A stretch of DNA of 64,000 nt from an uncultured Gemmatimonadales bacterium (lineage in GTDB: Bacteria; Gemmatimonadota; Gemmatimonadetes; Gemmatimonadales; Gemmatimonadaceae). The stretch lies in assembly GCA_963793305.1 (NCBI GenBank), contig CAWBZV010000005.1:1536001-1600000 (forward strand). The letters run 5' to 3'. Made by a program: the position numbers and the translations under genes. A model generated the notes under the pieces. It ran no database searches. It had not been told where the DNA came from and was given only the letters and a program-made list of their open reading frames with translations. Numbering within the stretch: the stretch's first letter is position 1; each line of letters opens with the position of its first letter. This document shows positions 18,925 through 30,171 of this stretch, one piece after another.

Positions 18925-20406
18925 ATGGCTCTCTCGATCGCCGTCCGCCGCGCTGAACTGACCGATACCCCACTCCTGGTCATCGCCCTGCCGCCTGATT
19001 CGCAGGTCCCAGCGGCGCTGGCCAGCCTCGACACCGCCCTCGCCGGCGCACTCGATCGCACGTTGCGGCGTAAGGATTTCCGCGGCTCTCGCGATGAGAC
19101 ACTTCACCTGGCCGGCGGCGCGACTGGCCCGCAGCGGGTGCTCTTGGTCGGCCTGGGCAAGGGCGACCGCGTGATGGCGCTCAGGCGGGCGGCCACCCTC
19201 GCCGGTCGAAGGGCCCACGGCATGGGCGTCGGCTCGCTCACGTTCTTCGCCGGCGCGCTCGGCGAACGCGAGGTCGAACAGATCGCGATCGGGCTGCAGC
19301 TCGGCGCCTGGGAATACGCGGATCTCAAATCCCAGCCGCCGGAGGACGAACGGAGAGCGCCGCTCTCGAATGTCACGATCTCGCTCAGCGACCCGCAGTT
19401 GGCGATCGCGGACGCCGAGCGCGCCGTCAGCGCCGCCCGCGCGATCGGCACCGGCTACGACATCGCGCGCCGGGCGGCGCAGATGCCCGGGAACCTCTGT
19501 ACGCCCGACTATCTCGTCGAGACCGCCCGCGAGATCGGCAAGCGGCACAACCTCGAGATCGTCGTGCTCGGCCGCAAAGAGATGGAAGAGCTGAACATGG
19601 GCTCGTTCCTCTGCGTGGCGCAGGGAACGCCGCAGGATCCCAAGCTCATCGTGATGCAGTACCGTGGCAGCGTGCAAACCGAGAAACCCATCGCGCTCAT
19701 CGGCAAAGGCCTCTGCTTCGACTCGGGCGGCATCTCGATCAAGCCGGCGCAGGGCATGGAGTTCATGAAGTTCGACATGTGCGGCGCCGCCGGCGTGCTC
19801 GGCGCGATGGAAGCGATCGCCGCGCTCAAGCTCAAGCTCAATGTCGTCGGGCTCATTGGCGCGACGACCAACATGCCGTCGGGCGTCGCGGTCAAACCCG
19901 GCGACGTCGTCAAGGCGTCCTCGGGCAAGTCGATCGAGGTGATCAATACGGACGCCGAGGGCCGTCTCGTGCTCGCCGACGTCCTCACGTATGCCAAGCG
20001 GTTCGAGCCGGCGGCCATGGTGGACGCGGCCACCCTGACCGGCGCAGTCGTGATCGCCCTGGGCCACGCCGCCACCGGTGTGTTCGGCACCGACCACGAC
20101 CTCGTCAACGAGCTCCTGGCCGCCGGCGAGCGCTCGGCCGAACGCGGGTGGGCGATGCCACTGTGGGATGAGTACCAGGAGCAGATAAAATCCGACGTGG
20201 CCGACCTGAAGAACACCGGCGGACGACCCGCCGGGGCCATCACCGCGGCCAAGTTCCTGGAGGCGTTCGCCGAAGGCGTCCCGTGGGTACACCTCGATAT
20301 TGCCGGCACGGCCTACTCCGAGAGCGACCTGACGGTGATCCCCAAGGGACCCACCGGTGTACCAGTCGGCATGTTTGTCGAATTCGCCCGCGCGAGGGCG
20401 CGCTGA
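18925..20406 (+). CDS. pepA: Leucyl aminopeptidase (M17)
   Basis: GKGLCFDSGG, MKFDMCG, NTDAEGRL, ATLTGA, HLDIAG. Confidence 0.95.
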   Translation: MALSIAVRRAELTDTPLLVIALPPDSQVPAALASLDTALAGALDRTLRRKDFRGSRDETLHLAGGATGPQRVLLVGLGKGDRVMALRRAATLAGRRAHGMGVGSLTFFAGALGEREVEQIAIGLQLGAWEYADLKSQPPEDERRAPLSNVTISLSDPQLAIADAERAVSAARAIGTGYDIARRAAQMPGNLCTPDYLVETAREIGKRHNLEIVVLGRKEMEELNMGSFLCVAQGTPQDPKLIVMQYRGSVQTEKPIALIGKGLCFDSGGISIKPAQGMEFMKFDMCGAAGVLGAMEAIAALKLKLNVVGLIGATTNMPSGVAVKPGDVVKASSGKSIEVINTDAEGRLVLADVLTYAKRFEPAAMVDAATLTGAVVIALGHAATGVFGTDHDLVNELLAAGERSAERGWAMPLWDEYQEQIKSDVADLKNTGGRPAGAITAAKFLEAFAEGVPWVHLDIAGTAYSESDLTVIPKGPTGVPVGMFVEFARARAR

Positions 20407-22334
20407 AGTCATTGCTGCTCGGCCTCGGGCTGCTCGCCGGGGCCGTTTGTAAAGCGCAGGAGCCCCCGCAATCGGTGCCCCCGCCGTCATCGATCCCCCC
20501 GCAGCAGGACACGGTGGAGGATACGACCGGCGTGCGGACTGCCGCGCACATGGATTCGATCAAGGCGATGTACCACCCGGACACGACGCGGTCTCGCGCC
20601 CCACTCGCGCACGCGCCGGTGCCGACACTGCTCGAACCGGGCCAGAGCTATCGGTGGGACCGCGATGCGCTCGATGCGTCCGGCGCGATGACGCTGCCCG
20701 ACCTGCTGGACAAGATTCCCGGTTTCACGGGATTCCGAGCGGGCTGGCTCTCGACCCCGATGAACGGAGCCTACCTCGGCGACATTGCGCGAGTGAGAGT
20801 GTTCGTCGATGGGATAGAGATGGACCCGCTGGACTCGCGGCTCCATGGCTTGGTCGATCTCGCGACGATCCAACTGTGGGAATTCGAGGAGGTCGCCGTC
20901 GAGCGCGGCGCGTCGGAGCTCCGCGTGTACTGCCGAACCTGGCGCGCCAACCGCGTCACGCCCACGACGCGCGCCGACGTCTTCACGGGAAACCAACAGA
21001 CGAACCTCTACAAGGCGTACTACGGCCAGCGATTCGGCCCAGGGTTCGCCACGCAGGTCGGCGCCTACCAGTTCAACAACACGGGCTCATTCGGCGGCGG
21101 CGGGAATCAATCGTCGATCATGCTCCGCTTGGGCTACGCCAACGGCCCATTCTCGATCGACGCCTTCGGCAACCGCTACACGCGCGGCCGCGATCAGCTC
21201 CAATCCGGCGACCCAACGCTGCCGATCACGATCCTCCCGGACCTCGAATCGCAGCGCACTGACGCGTACTTCCGGGTCGGCTACGGCGACCCCGATCGCG
21301 GACGCCCGTGGCTCCAGGTGATCGCGGCCAGCATGTCGTTCAAGAATACGAGTCCGACCGCGTCAGCCGTCACGCCGATCATCACGGACACGACCACCGT
21401 GTTTCCGACGACGACCGGCACGTCGGTCGACAGCGTGAACTCGGAGTCGCAGTATATCGCCTCTGGCGGGTTCGTCTTCGCGGGGATTCGGTTCGAGGGG
21501 ACCGACCGCCTTCGCGTCTTCTCGACCCACGCCAACTATAACTCGGCCGAGCTCCGCGCCAGCTTCGACAACCCGATCTTGAGCGCGTCCGGCCTCGTCC
21601 AGCGCGACGCGTACAGCGAGGGCCGGCCCGACTCGGTCTTCACGAACCAGCTCTATCCGACGCTCTACAACTCCTACGAGCTCACGGCGCGTTTCTCGCC
21701 GCTCCCGTTCTTGCGGCTCGTCGGCACCGCGAGCCGCGTGACGCCGCAAAATCTCCCAGCCGCGCTCTCGCCAACGACGACGACGGCGCGGGCCGAGGCC
21801 GGGCTCAAGATCGGGGATGTCTGGGTCTCGGGCGGCATCATGACGCAGGACACCGCGATCGTCCCGGCGCCGGTCGTCTACGACACCACCATGAAGACCG
21901 CGACGTACGGCCGGACGACGGCCTACATTGGCTCGATCCGCGGGCGGCTCTGGAAGCAGTTCTACATCGATGCCAGCGGCATCGACTGGGACAAGACCGA
22001 ACCGTATAGGCCGCGCTACGAAGGGCACGCCGAGCTGTATTTCGCGACCGAGTGGCTGCACCGGTTCCCACGACACACGTTCGCGATCAAGTTTGGCACC
22101 TCGTTCGACTATCGGAGCTCGACGGTGTTTCCCGCGACCTCGGCGCCGAATCAGGCATTCTATACCGTCGCGGACAGCAGGGTGTACTCGATCCTGGCCG
22201 AGATCAGGATCTTGCAGGGCACTTTGAGCTGGCAGCTACGAAACGCGAACGGCTATCCTTATTACCTTGTTCCCGGTTACCAGATGCCACGACAAGTCAA
22301 CATCTATGGGCTCCGCTGGTCCTTCTGGAATTAG
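20403..22334 (+). CDS. Outer-membrane protein with a TonB-dependent-receptor plug-like domain
   Basis: Signal peptide, TLPDLLDKIPG...VFVDG plug-like motif, beta-rich body, C-terminal YGLRWSFWN. Start is CTG 20403 or TTG 20412. Confidence 0.7.
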   Translation: MKSLLLGLGLLAGAVCKAQEPPQSVPPPSSIPPQQDTVEDTTGVRTAAHMDSIKAMYHPDTTRSRAPLAHAPVPTLLEPGQSYRWDRDALDASGAMTLPDLLDKIPGFTGFRAGWLSTPMNGAYLGDIARVRVFVDGIEMDPLDSRLHGLVDLATIQLWEFEEVAVERGASELRVYCRTWRANRVTPTTRADVFTGNQQTNLYKAYYGQRFGPGFATQVGAYQFNNTGSFGGGGNQSSIMLRLGYANGPFSIDAFGNRYTRGRDQLQSGDPTLPITILPDLESQRTDAYFRVGYGDPDRGRPWLQVIAASMSFKNTSPTASAVTPIITDTTTVFPTTTGTSVDSVNSESQYIASGGFVFAGIRFEGTDRLRVFSTHANYNSAELRASFDNPILSASGLVQRDAYSEGRPDSVFTNQLYPTLYNSYELTARFSPLPFLRLVGTASRVTPQNLPAALSPTTTTARAEAGLKIGDVWVSGGIMTQDTAIVPAPVVYDTTMKTATYGRTTAYIGSIRGRLWKQFYIDASGIDWDKTEPYRPRYEGHAELYFATEWLHRFPRHTFAIKFGTSFDYRSSTVFPATSAPNQAFYTVADSRVYSILAEIRILQGTLSWQLRNANGYPYYLVPGYQMPRQVNIYGLRWSFWN

Positions 22335-22338
22335 GAGC

Positions 22339-23205
22339 ATGACCGGGTTTGGCGCGGCGGACGGCACGGTCGGAAAAGTCCGCGTGAGCGTCGAGGTGCG
22401 AACCGTCAATCACCGGTTCTTCAACCCGTCGATCAAGCTTCCTCCCGCGTTCTCACTGTGGGAGGGGGATGTGCGCGAGGCCCTTCGCGTCGCGATCGCG
22501 CGTGGGCATGCGTCGCTCACCGTGCGCACTCACCGCGACGTCTCCGACTCCACGGCCGGTGTCGACGAGACCCGGTTCGCCGCGTATGCCGCCCACCTCA
22601 AGGCTCTGCGCGATCGATATGGCTTGGGCGGTGAGGTCGATGTGGCCACGATCCTCCGCATGCCCGATGTCCTGGTCTCCGCGGGCTCCGATCTCGACGA
22701 ACCCGGCGGTTTCCCGGACGAACTATTGGCAGTCCTGGGCCGTGCGCTCGCTGCCCTCACGAGTATGCGTAGCGCCGAAGGCGCACGTATAGAAGAATTT
22801 CTGAGAACGAGGATTACGACGATCGAGGCGGCCGTGGGGCGGTTGGAGCAGAGAGCGCCCGAGAGGGTGGTTGAGCAGCGGGACCGGCTCAAGGCCGCGA
22901 TTCAGGAATTGACCGACGGGATAGCGCTGGATCCGCAGCGGGTGGCGCAGGAGATTGCCGTCCTGGCCGACCGCCTCGATGTCAGCGAGGAACTCGACCG
23001 CTTTCGAGCGCATATTGCTGCCTTTCGCGACGCACTCGACGGAGGCAGCGAAGTGGGGAAGCGCCTCGGATTCCTGGCCCAGGAGCTCCTGCGGGAGGCC
23101 AACACCACCGGGAGCAAGGCCAATGACGCGGCCATGATGCACGACGTCGTACAGATCAAAGAGGAGCTCGAGAAGATCCGGGAACAGGTGGATAACTTAG
23201 AATGA
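22339..23205 (+). CDS. yicC: YicC/YloC family endoribonuclease
   Basis: MTGFG, EVRTVNHRF, GKRLGFLAQELLREANT, EKIREQVDNLE. Confidence 0.93.
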   Translation: MTGFGAADGTVGKVRVSVEVRTVNHRFFNPSIKLPPAFSLWEGDVREALRVAIARGHASLTVRTHRDVSDSTAGVDETRFAAYAAHLKALRDRYGLGGEVDVATILRMPDVLVSAGSDLDEPGGFPDELLAVLGRALAALTSMRSAEGARIEEFLRTRITTIEAAVGRLEQRAPERVVEQRDRLKAAIQELTDGIALDPQRVAQEIAVLADRLDVSEELDRFRAHIAAFRDALDGGSEVGKRLGFLAQELLREANTTGSKANDAAMMHDVVQIKEELEKIREQVDNLE

Positions 23206-23212
23206 CGCCGAC

Positions 23213-23857
23213 GTGAACCCGTTCCCGATCATCCTGTCGTCACCCTCCGGTGGAGGGAAAACGACGATCCGTAAGGAGCTCATAGCCTTACGCCCGGACG
23301 TCGGATACTCCGTCTCAGCCACCACCCGGCGGCCGAGGGCAGCGGAGGTCGACGGGCGCGATTACTATTTCTTGACCGTCGGCGAGTTCATAGCCAGCCA
23401 GGATCGCGGCGAATTCGCCGAGTCGGCGGAGGTGCACGGCAAGCTCTACGGGACGCTCCGGCGCGAGGTTGATCGCGTGCTGCAAGGCGGGCGTCACGTG
23501 ATCATGGACATCGACGTCCAAGGCGCGGCGCAGTTCGTCCAGTCGTACCCGGCGTCGGTGTTGATCTTTTTGTTGCCGCCGTCGGCGGACGTATTGTTGA
23601 CGCGGCTCGTGGCGCGAAAGACGGAAGACCGGTCGGATCTCGTCGTCCGGTTGAACGATGCGCGGCGGGAGTTGATGGCGGTGGGGCAGTACCAGTACGT
23701 CGTCGTGAACGGCGACCTCGCGCGGGCGGTCCGTGATGTCTCGGCGATCATCGACGCCGAGTCGGCCCGGCCGTCGCGGCTGGCGACGCTCGATGAGCAC
23801 GTGCACGGCTTGATCAATGGACTGGAAAACGAAATCACACGCTTAGGCGGAGTCTAG
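23213..23857 (+). CDS. gmk: Guanylate kinase
   Basis: SPSGGGKT, SATTRRPR, DIDVQGA. Confidence 0.96.
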   Translation: MNPFPIILSSPSGGGKTTIRKELIALRPDVGYSVSATTRRPRAAEVDGRDYYFLTVGEFIASQDRGEFAESAEVHGKLYGTLRREVDRVLQGGRHVIMDIDVQGAAQFVQSYPASVLIFLLPPSADVLLTRLVARKTEDRSDLVVRLNDARRELMAVGQYQYVVVNGDLARAVRDVSAIIDAESARPSRLATLDEHVHGLINGLENEITRLGGV

Positions 23858-23859
23858 AT

Positions 23860-24069
23860 ATGCGGGTATTCACACCAGGGGAAGTGGCGCAGCACGCGAC
23901 GAACAAGTACCTCGGCGTCCTCGTGGCGGCGAAGTACGCGCGCGGGCTCAACGAGTTTCCGCGCGATCGGTCATTGATGCGCGAGAAGAAGCTGACGACG
24001 CGCGCACTCGAAGAGCTGGCGACCGGCACGATCGAGTATCGCGTCGTGCCACGGCGCCGCCCCGACTAA
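23860..24069 (+). CDS. rpoZ: RNA polymerase omega subunit
   Basis: NKYLGVLVAAKYAR...ALEEL; sits between gmk and coaBC. Confidence 0.85.
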   Translation: MRVFTPGEVAQHATNKYLGVLVAAKYARGLNEFPRDRSLMREKKLTTRALEELATGTIEYRVVPRRRPD

Positions 24070-24095
24070 CGGTTGCCGTCGGGGGCGGCCCCGCC

Positions 24096-25304
24096 GTGCG
24101 GCCATTTGCGCAACGCCGGGTATTACTCGGCGTCACGGGGGGCATCGCGTGCTACAAGTCCGTCGCCCTCGCGCGTGCGCTGACACAGGCCGGCGCCGAA
24201 GTCGACGTGGTCCAAACGCGATCGGCGCAGGACTTCGTCGGCCCGGTCACGTTCGAGGCGGTCACCGGTCGACCCGTCTCGACCCATTTGATCGCCGCCG
24301 GTCACGCGCTCGACCACATCAAGTTGGCCCGCTCCGCCCACGCGATCGTCGTCGCGCCGGCCACGGCCGATTTTCTGGCGCGCTCGGGCCAAGGCCGTGC
24401 CGATGACTTGCTGACGGCGATCCTGCTAGCCGCCGATGCGCCGGTGCTGCTCGTGCCGGCGATGAATGATCGCATGTGGTCGCATCCGCAGACGACGCTC
24501 AACGTCGCGCATCTGCGCTCACTGGGTTATCGGGTACTCGACCCCGACGTTGGGCCGCTGGCTGTTGGCGAGGGCTCCGGGCCCGGTCGCATGCCGGAGC
24601 CTGAGACGATCTTCGCCCACATCGGCCGCCTCCTCGATGCGGACGGGGTGTTGCGCGGTCGGCGCATCGTTGTCACCGCAGGCGCTACGCGCGAGCCCAT
24701 CGACCCGGTCCGATTTATCTCGAATCGCAGCAGCGGAAAAATGGGGGTCGCTCTTGCCGCCGCGGCGTGGCGCCGAGGCGCCGACGTCACGCTGATCGCT
24801 GGTCCTCTCTCGGTCGAGCCACCCGTCGGCGTGACGGTGATAAACATCGAGACGGCGAGCGAGATGCGCGATGCGGTCGCGGCGCATCTGCGCGATGCCG
24901 ATGTGCTGATCATGGCCGCGGCTCCCGCTGATTTTCGGCCGGTGACGGTCGCCGAGCAGAAAATCAAGAAATCATCCGCGCCCGCTTCGATCGCGCTCGA
25001 GCCAACCGACGATATCCTGGTCAGCACGCAAGCGCTCAGACATCCAGCGGCGATCGTCGTTGGTTTTGCGCTCGAGACCGAGGCGGCGATCGCGGGCGGG
25101 CGGGAGAAACTGCGGCGCAAGTCGTTGGATCTCGTCGTCGTCAACGACGCCACGGAGCCCGGCGCCGGGTTCGGCGTCGACACGAACCGCGTCACGTTGG
25201 TATTCGGCAATGGCACGCCCGACGAGGCGCTCCCGCTGCTGGCGAAATCCGAAGTGGCCGACGCCATTCTCGATCGAATCGAAGGGTTGCTGCGTGCCCG
25301 ATAA
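24096..25304 (+). CDS. coaBC: Phosphopantothenoylcysteine decarboxylase/ligase
   Basis: [45 protein letters not shown]. Confidence 0.96.
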   Translation: MRPFAQRRVLLGVTGGIACYKSVALARALTQAGAEVDVVQTRSAQDFVGPVTFEAVTGRPVSTHLIAAGHALDHIKLARSAHAIVVAPATADFLARSGQGRADDLLTAILLAADAPVLLVPAMNDRMWSHPQTTLNVAHLRSLGYRVLDPDVGPLAVGEGSGPGRMPEPETIFAHIGRLLDADGVLRGRRIVVTAGATREPIDPVRFISNRSSGKMGVALAAAAWRRGADVTLIAGPLSVEPPVGVTVINIETASEMRDAVAAHLRDADVLIMAAAPADFRPVTVAEQKIKKSSAPASIALEPTDDILVSTQALRHPAAIVVGFALETEAAIAGGREKLRRKSLDLVVVNDATEPGAGFGVDTNRVTLVFGNGTPDEALPLLAKSEVADAILDRIEGLLRAR

Positions 25305-26130
25305 CACATCGGATCTCCTGCGCCGGTATCTCGAGCAGCGCCGCGAGGCTGGCGAGCGCGAGCTCGTCCTCGACGACCTGAAGGTCGAGGACGTGATGCG
25401 CATCGTCGGAGCCAAAAATTGGCTGAATGCCGCGCCCGCACCCCCGCCCGCACCCCCGGAGGCCGTCGTCGAACCGCCGCCACCAGTGATCGCCGATGCG
25501 GGCAGCTTGGCCCCGATCGTCGTAGGGAAGGCCGGCGCCGACCTTTTTGGCGGGCCGTTCGCGAGTCTCGATAGCTTAGAGGCCGTCGCCGCGCACGCGA
25601 CAGCGTGCAAGCGGTGTGCGTTGTGGTCGACCGCGACGAAGTGTGTCCCAGGCGAGGGGAGCCCGAACGCGCAGCTCGTGTGCGTCGGCGAGGCCCCAGG
25701 CGAGCAAGAAGATCTGTCGGGCCGGCCGTTTGTGGGCAAGGCCGGGCAGTTGCTGACCAAGATTCTGGCGGCGATTGATCTCAAACGCGAAGATGTCTTC
25801 ATCTGCAACGTTTTGAAACACCGGCCGCCACTGAACCGGAATCCCTTGCCGGACGAGGTCACGGCCTGCAGCCCATATCTCGTGCGCCAGATCGAGCTGA
25901 TCCGCCCGCGCGTGATTCTGGCGTTTGGGACGTTCGCCGCGCAAACGCTCCTGGAAACGAAGTTGTCCATCGGCAAACTGCGTGGTACTCTGCACCAGTA
26001 CTACGGAGTGCCGCTGATCGTCACGTACCACCCCGCCGCGCTCCTGCGCAATCCTGCCTGGAAGCGCCCCACCTGGGACGACGTCCAACATGCCCGCCGG
26101 ATCCTCGATCGCACCGGTGACGGAGCGTGA
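25294..26130 (+). CDS. Uracil-DNA glycosylase family 4
   Basis: CKRCAL, VGEAPG, GRPFVGKAG, YHPAALLR. Confidence 0.92.
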   Translation: MPDNTSDLLRRYLEQRREAGERELVLDDLKVEDVMRIVGAKNWLNAAPAPPPAPPEAVVEPPPPVIADAGSLAPIVVGKAGADLFGGPFASLDSLEAVAAHATACKRCALWSTATKCVPGEGSPNAQLVCVGEAPGEQEDLSGRPFVGKAGQLLTKILAAIDLKREDVFICNVLKHRPPLNRNPLPDEVTACSPYLVRQIELIRPRVILAFGTFAAQTLLETKLSIGKLRGTLHQYYGVPLIVTYHPAALLRNPAWKRPTWDDVQHARRILDRTGDGA

Positions 26131-27479
26131 CCCGGTCGCCGACCGGCACCCCCCGTACTCCCTGGATGCGGAACGAGCGGTGCTGGCGGCGATGATGATG
26201 GAATCGGACGCGATCATGCGCGCGTCCGAGCTGTTGGATGACACCATGTTCTATCAGGAAAGCCACCGTCGCCTGTACCGCGCGATGGTCGCGATCGTCG
26301 AGCGCGGCGCCGTGGTCGATCCGTTCACGCTCGGCGACGAGCTCGAACGCCGCGATGAGCTCAAGGCCAGCGGCGGCAAAGAGTACATCGCGGAGCTGAT
26401 CGACTACATCCCGACGGCGGCGAACATCGAGTATCACGCGCGCATCGTCAAGGAAAAGGCGATGCTGCGCCGCCTGATCGAGGTGTCGGAGACGATCGCC
26501 CGGGAGGCCTACAACGGCCACGTGGGCGCCGCCGATCTCCTCGATGAGGCGGAGCACCGCGTGCTCCAGCTCAGCCAGAGCCGTGGCACGACCGGTTTCT
26601 TTCGCATTAAGGAGCTCGTCTGGCCCGCCATCGAGCGCATCGAGGAGCAACAAAAGCTCGGCGGAGCCCTCACGGGGATCTCGTCCGGATTCGCGGACCT
26701 GGACTCTTTGACGGCCGGCTTCCAACGCTCCGACCTGATTATTCTCGCGGCGAGACCGGCGATGGGAAAGTCGTCGCTCGTGCTCAACATCACGCAACAC
26801 ATCGGCATCGAGAAGAACATGGCCGTCGCGTTCTTCTCGTTGGAGATGAGCAAAGACTCGATCGTGCAGCGGTTATTGACCAGCGAGGCGCGGATCGACG
26901 CCCAGCTCGTGCGCAAGTCGATGCTCAACAACGAGCACTATGCCCGACTGGCCCGCGCGGCGGGCGTCCTGAGCCCCGCGCCGATCTTCATCGATGACTC
27001 CGCCGGGATCATCGCTCCTGGAGATGCGCTCGCGCGCGCGGCGCCTCAAGGTCGACAACGACATCAAGCTGATCGTCGTCGACTACCTGCAGCTGATCCG
27101 CGGCCCGTCCGCCGAAAACCGCCAGCAGGAGATCAGCGAGATCTCGCGGTCGCTCAAGGGGCTCGCCAAGGAGCTCGACGTGCCGGTCATTGCGCTCTCC
27201 CAGCTCTCCCGCGCGCCCGAGCAGCGCGGGGCGGAGGGGAAGCGCCCGCAGCTTTCCGACCTCCGCGAGTCCGGCGCGATCGAGCAGGACGCCGACCTGG
27301 TGTTGTTCATCTATCGCCCCGAGGTCTACGGCGTACTCAAGGACGAGGCCGGGAACTCACTGGAGGGGACGGCCGAGCTGATCATCGGCAAGCAACGCAA
27401 TGGGCCGATCGGTACGGTGAATTTGTACTTCCGCAAGAGTTTCACCACGTTCGAAAGCAAGACCGCTCGTGAGCAGTAA
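26090..27479 (+). CDS. dnaB: Replicative DNA helicase, one +1 frameshift near 27010
   Basis: [21 protein letters not shown] and FFSLEM in one frame; DYLQL, SQLSR and [13 protein letters not shown] in the next. Span is 1390 nt (3n+1). Confidence 0.93.
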
Positions 27480-28824
27480 GATCAAGACTGTCTATCGCTG
27501 CAGCGAGTGCGGCGCCGAGAGCGCCAAGTGGGGCGGCCGATGCGATGCCTGCGGCGAGTGGAATACGCTGGCCGAGGAACCCGTCGGTACGAAACCCGTT
27601 CGCCGACAGAGTGGCATGGCCCGCGTGGCCCGCCCACTCCATGAGGTCACCGCAGCTCAGACTGAGCGATGGACCACGGGGCTCGACGAATTCGATTTCG
27701 TGCTCGGCGGCGGCATTGTTCCGGGCTCCATGGTTTTGGTCGGTGGCGAGCCGGGCATAGGAAAATCGACGCTGCTGCTCCAAGTCGCTGCCCGACTCAC
27801 CGAGCGCGGCCGATCGGTTCTCTATATGTCTGGCGAGGAGTCTCCACCCCAAGTCAAATTGCGCGCCGATCGCTTGGGCGGAGCCGCGCATGATGTCCGC
27901 ATGGTCGCCGAGACGAGCTTGGAGAATGTGCTGGCCACCGCGCGCGAAGATCCGGGTGGAGTGCTCATTATCGATTCGATCCAGACGCTGTATTCGTCCG
28001 ATCTCGAGGGCGCACCGGGCAATGTCGGTCAAGTGAGAGAATGCGCCGCGCGTCTCATGCGATTCGCGAAAGAGAGTGGAACGGCGGTTGTCGTGGTGGG
28101 CCACGTGACGAAGGGTGGGGGAATCGCGGGCCCCAAGACGCTCGAACATATCGTCGACACGGTCTTGTATTTCGAGGGCGAGACCACCCTCGACCACCGT
28201 ATCCTGCGCGCCACGAAGAACCGCTTCGGCGGCGTCGATGAGATCGGCGTGTTCCGCATGACCGAAGCGGGACTGTCCGGTGTCGCGAACCCGTCGGAGC
28301 TCTTTCTCGGCGACCGCCAGTCGAGCGCTTCGGGCACCGCGGTCACGGCGCTCATCGAGGGTACGCGCCCGGTACTGATCGAGATCCAGGCGCTTGCCGC
28401 AAAAGCGGGATTCGGCACGCCGCAGCGGGTGTCGACCGGCTTGGATGGCCGCCGCTTGGCGCTGCTCCTCGCGGTCCTCGATAAACGCGCCGGCCTGTCG
28501 TTCGCGATGCTCGACGTATTCGTGAACGTGGTCGGCGGGATGCGCTTGATCGAGCCGGCCGGCGACCTTGCCGTCGCCGCGGCGCTGGCGTCGAGCGTCT
28601 ACGACCGATCCCTTCCGAGCGATGCGATTTTCATTGGCGAGGTCGGACTCGGCGGCGAAGTCCGGCCCGTGTCGCAGATCGAACGCCGGATGGCCGAGGC
28701 GGTGAAGATGGGATGCACGCGCGCCTTCGTCGCCGAGCGCGCGGTCCCGTCTCGTAGCGTTTCGGGGATCACCGCGATCGGCGTCCCGACGATTCACGTC
28801 CTCTTCCAGCGTCTCTTCGCGTGA
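27469..28824 (+). CDS. radA: DNA repair protein RadA/Sms
   Basis: CSEC..CDAC zinc finger, [13 protein letters not shown]. Confidence 0.97.
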   Translation: MSSKIKTVYRCSECGAESAKWGGRCDACGEWNTLAEEPVGTKPVRRQSGMARVARPLHEVTAAQTERWTTGLDEFDFVLGGGIVPGSMVLVGGEPGIGKSTLLLQVAARLTERGRSVLYMSGEESPPQVKLRADRLGGAAHDVRMVAETSLENVLATAREDPGGVLIIDSIQTLYSSDLEGAPGNVGQVRECAARLMRFAKESGTAVVVVGHVTKGGGIAGPKTLEHIVDTVLYFEGETTLDHRILRATKNRFGGVDEIGVFRMTEAGLSGVANPSELFLGDRQSSASGTAVTALIEGTRPVLIEIQALAAKAGFGTPQRVSTGLDGRRLALLLAVLDKRAGLSFAMLDVFVNVVGGMRLIEPAGDLAVAAALASSVYDRSLPSDAIFIGEVGLGGEVRPVSQIERRMAEAVKMGCTRAFVAERAVPSRSVSGITAIGVPTIHVLFQRLFA

Positions 28825-29510
28825 CACGAGATGTCGGGGTGGTGATTGTCGCGGCTGGAACCGGCTCGCGCGTGGGCGGCGCGGAGCTCAAGCAATTCCG
28901 TTGGGTCGCCGGCAAGCCGATGCTGCTGCACAGCGTGCAGCTCTTTCAAGCACGCGACGACGTCGCGATGGTCGTCTGCGTGCTCCCGCGCGCGATCATT
29001 GGCGACCCGCCGCCGTGGCTCTTTCAGTCGGATTCGGATCGCCTGTTGCTCTCAGTCGGCGGCGCCACGCGTCAGGACTCCGTGTCGAACGGCCTCGAAG
29101 ATCTTCCCTCTGGCCTCAGCGTCATCGTCGTACACGACGCGGCTCGACCGCTCGTCCCCGATAGTGTCGTCTCTCGCGTCATCGCCGAGGCGCGAAAGGG
29201 TCAAGCCGCTATCGCTGCACTCCCCGTTGTCGACACCCTCAAGGAAGTCGACGCCGAGGGGCGAATAGTTCGCACCGTGCCGCGCGAGCGGCTCTGGCGC
29301 GCGCAAACTCCCCAAGCATTCCCGCGTGGTGTCCTTGTGCAAGCCCACGCGGCCGCTCGTGCGAGGGGGCTCAAAGCAACCGATGACGCCGCGCTCTGCG
29401 AAGCCCTCGGCATTCCGGTAGTAGTAGTACGCGGTAGTGAACGTGCTATGAAGGTGACAGAAGAATCCGATTTCGCTCGTGCCGACGCGCTGAGCCAACT
29501 CAGTGAGTGA
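28821..29510 (+). CDS. ispD: 2-C-methyl-D-erythritol 4-phosphate cytidylyltransferase
   Basis: AAGTGSR, VHDAARP, AQTPQAF, TDDA. Confidence 0.95.
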   Translation: MTRDVGVVIVAAGTGSRVGGAELKQFRWVAGKPMLLHSVQLFQARDDVAMVVCVLPRAIIGDPPPWLFQSDSDRLLLSVGGATRQDSVSNGLEDLPSGLSVIVVHDAARPLVPDSVVSRVIAEARKGQAAIAALPVVDTLKEVDAEGRIVRTVPRERLWRAQTPQAFPRGVLVQAHAAARARGLKATDDAALCEALGIPVVVVRGSERAMKVTEESDFARADALSQLSE

Positions 29511-30171
29511 GCCTCGTGCCGTGCCATTCTGGTCGCCCGAGGAGATCGAGGCGTCACTCGCGGGAACGATCGCGCACCTCGGCGCGGGCGGGATCATCGC
29601 CTATCCCACGGAGACCGTCTACGGGTTCGGCGGTCTCGCCGATCAAGCGGGCGTCGACGCGCTCGTACGACTCAAGGGCCGCGCGCCGGGCAAACCCTTC
29701 CTGCTGCTGATCAGCGGCAGCGACATGATCAAGCGCCTCGGCTTGCGACTCACCCAGCCCGCCTCCGCGCTCGCGGCCCGACACTGGCCGGGACCGCTCA
29801 CGCTGGTCTTGCCGGGCGGCGAGCACCGGGTGCCCGATCGCCTTCGCGGCCCCGAAGGCGGCGTCGCTGTGCGATGGACGCCGCACCCGGGTCTCACTCG
29901 CCTCATCGCCGCGATCGGCGAGCCGATCACGTCGACGAGCGCGAACCGCCCGGGGGTTCCCCCCGCCTCTTCGGCCGTCGAGATTGTAAGGGAGTGGAGC
30001 GACGCAATGGCGCGTGGCGCGCTCCGGGTGTTGGACGGCGGACACTTGCAGAGCTCTTTAGCCTCGACAGTGGTGGATTGTACGGGACGACATCCGCGGG
30101 TTATCCGTCCGGGCGCGATCGCGGCCGCGACGCTGCGGGAGAGCGTACCCGACTTGATTGGTGACGCATGA
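29503..30171 (+). CDS. tsaC: L-threonylcarbamoyladenylate synthase (Sua5/TsaC)
   Basis: YPTETVYG, KGR, WPGPLT, STSAN. Confidence 0.93.
   Translation: MSEPRAVPFWSPEEIEASLAGTIAHLGAGGIIAYPTETVYGFGGLADQAGVDALVRLKGRAPGKPFLLLISGSDMIKRLGLRLTQPASALAARHWPGPLTLVLPGGEHRVPDRLRGPEGGVAVRWTPHPGLTRLIAAIGEPITSTSANRPGVPPASSAVEIVREWSDAMARGALRVLDGGHLQSSLASTVVDCTGRHPRVIRPGAIAAATLRESVPDLIGDA

Noticed and set aside
26990..27030. Programmed frameshift or intein in dnaB
   Set aside because: No slippery heptamer or inserted domain; one extra base explains it and similar indels recur in the window.
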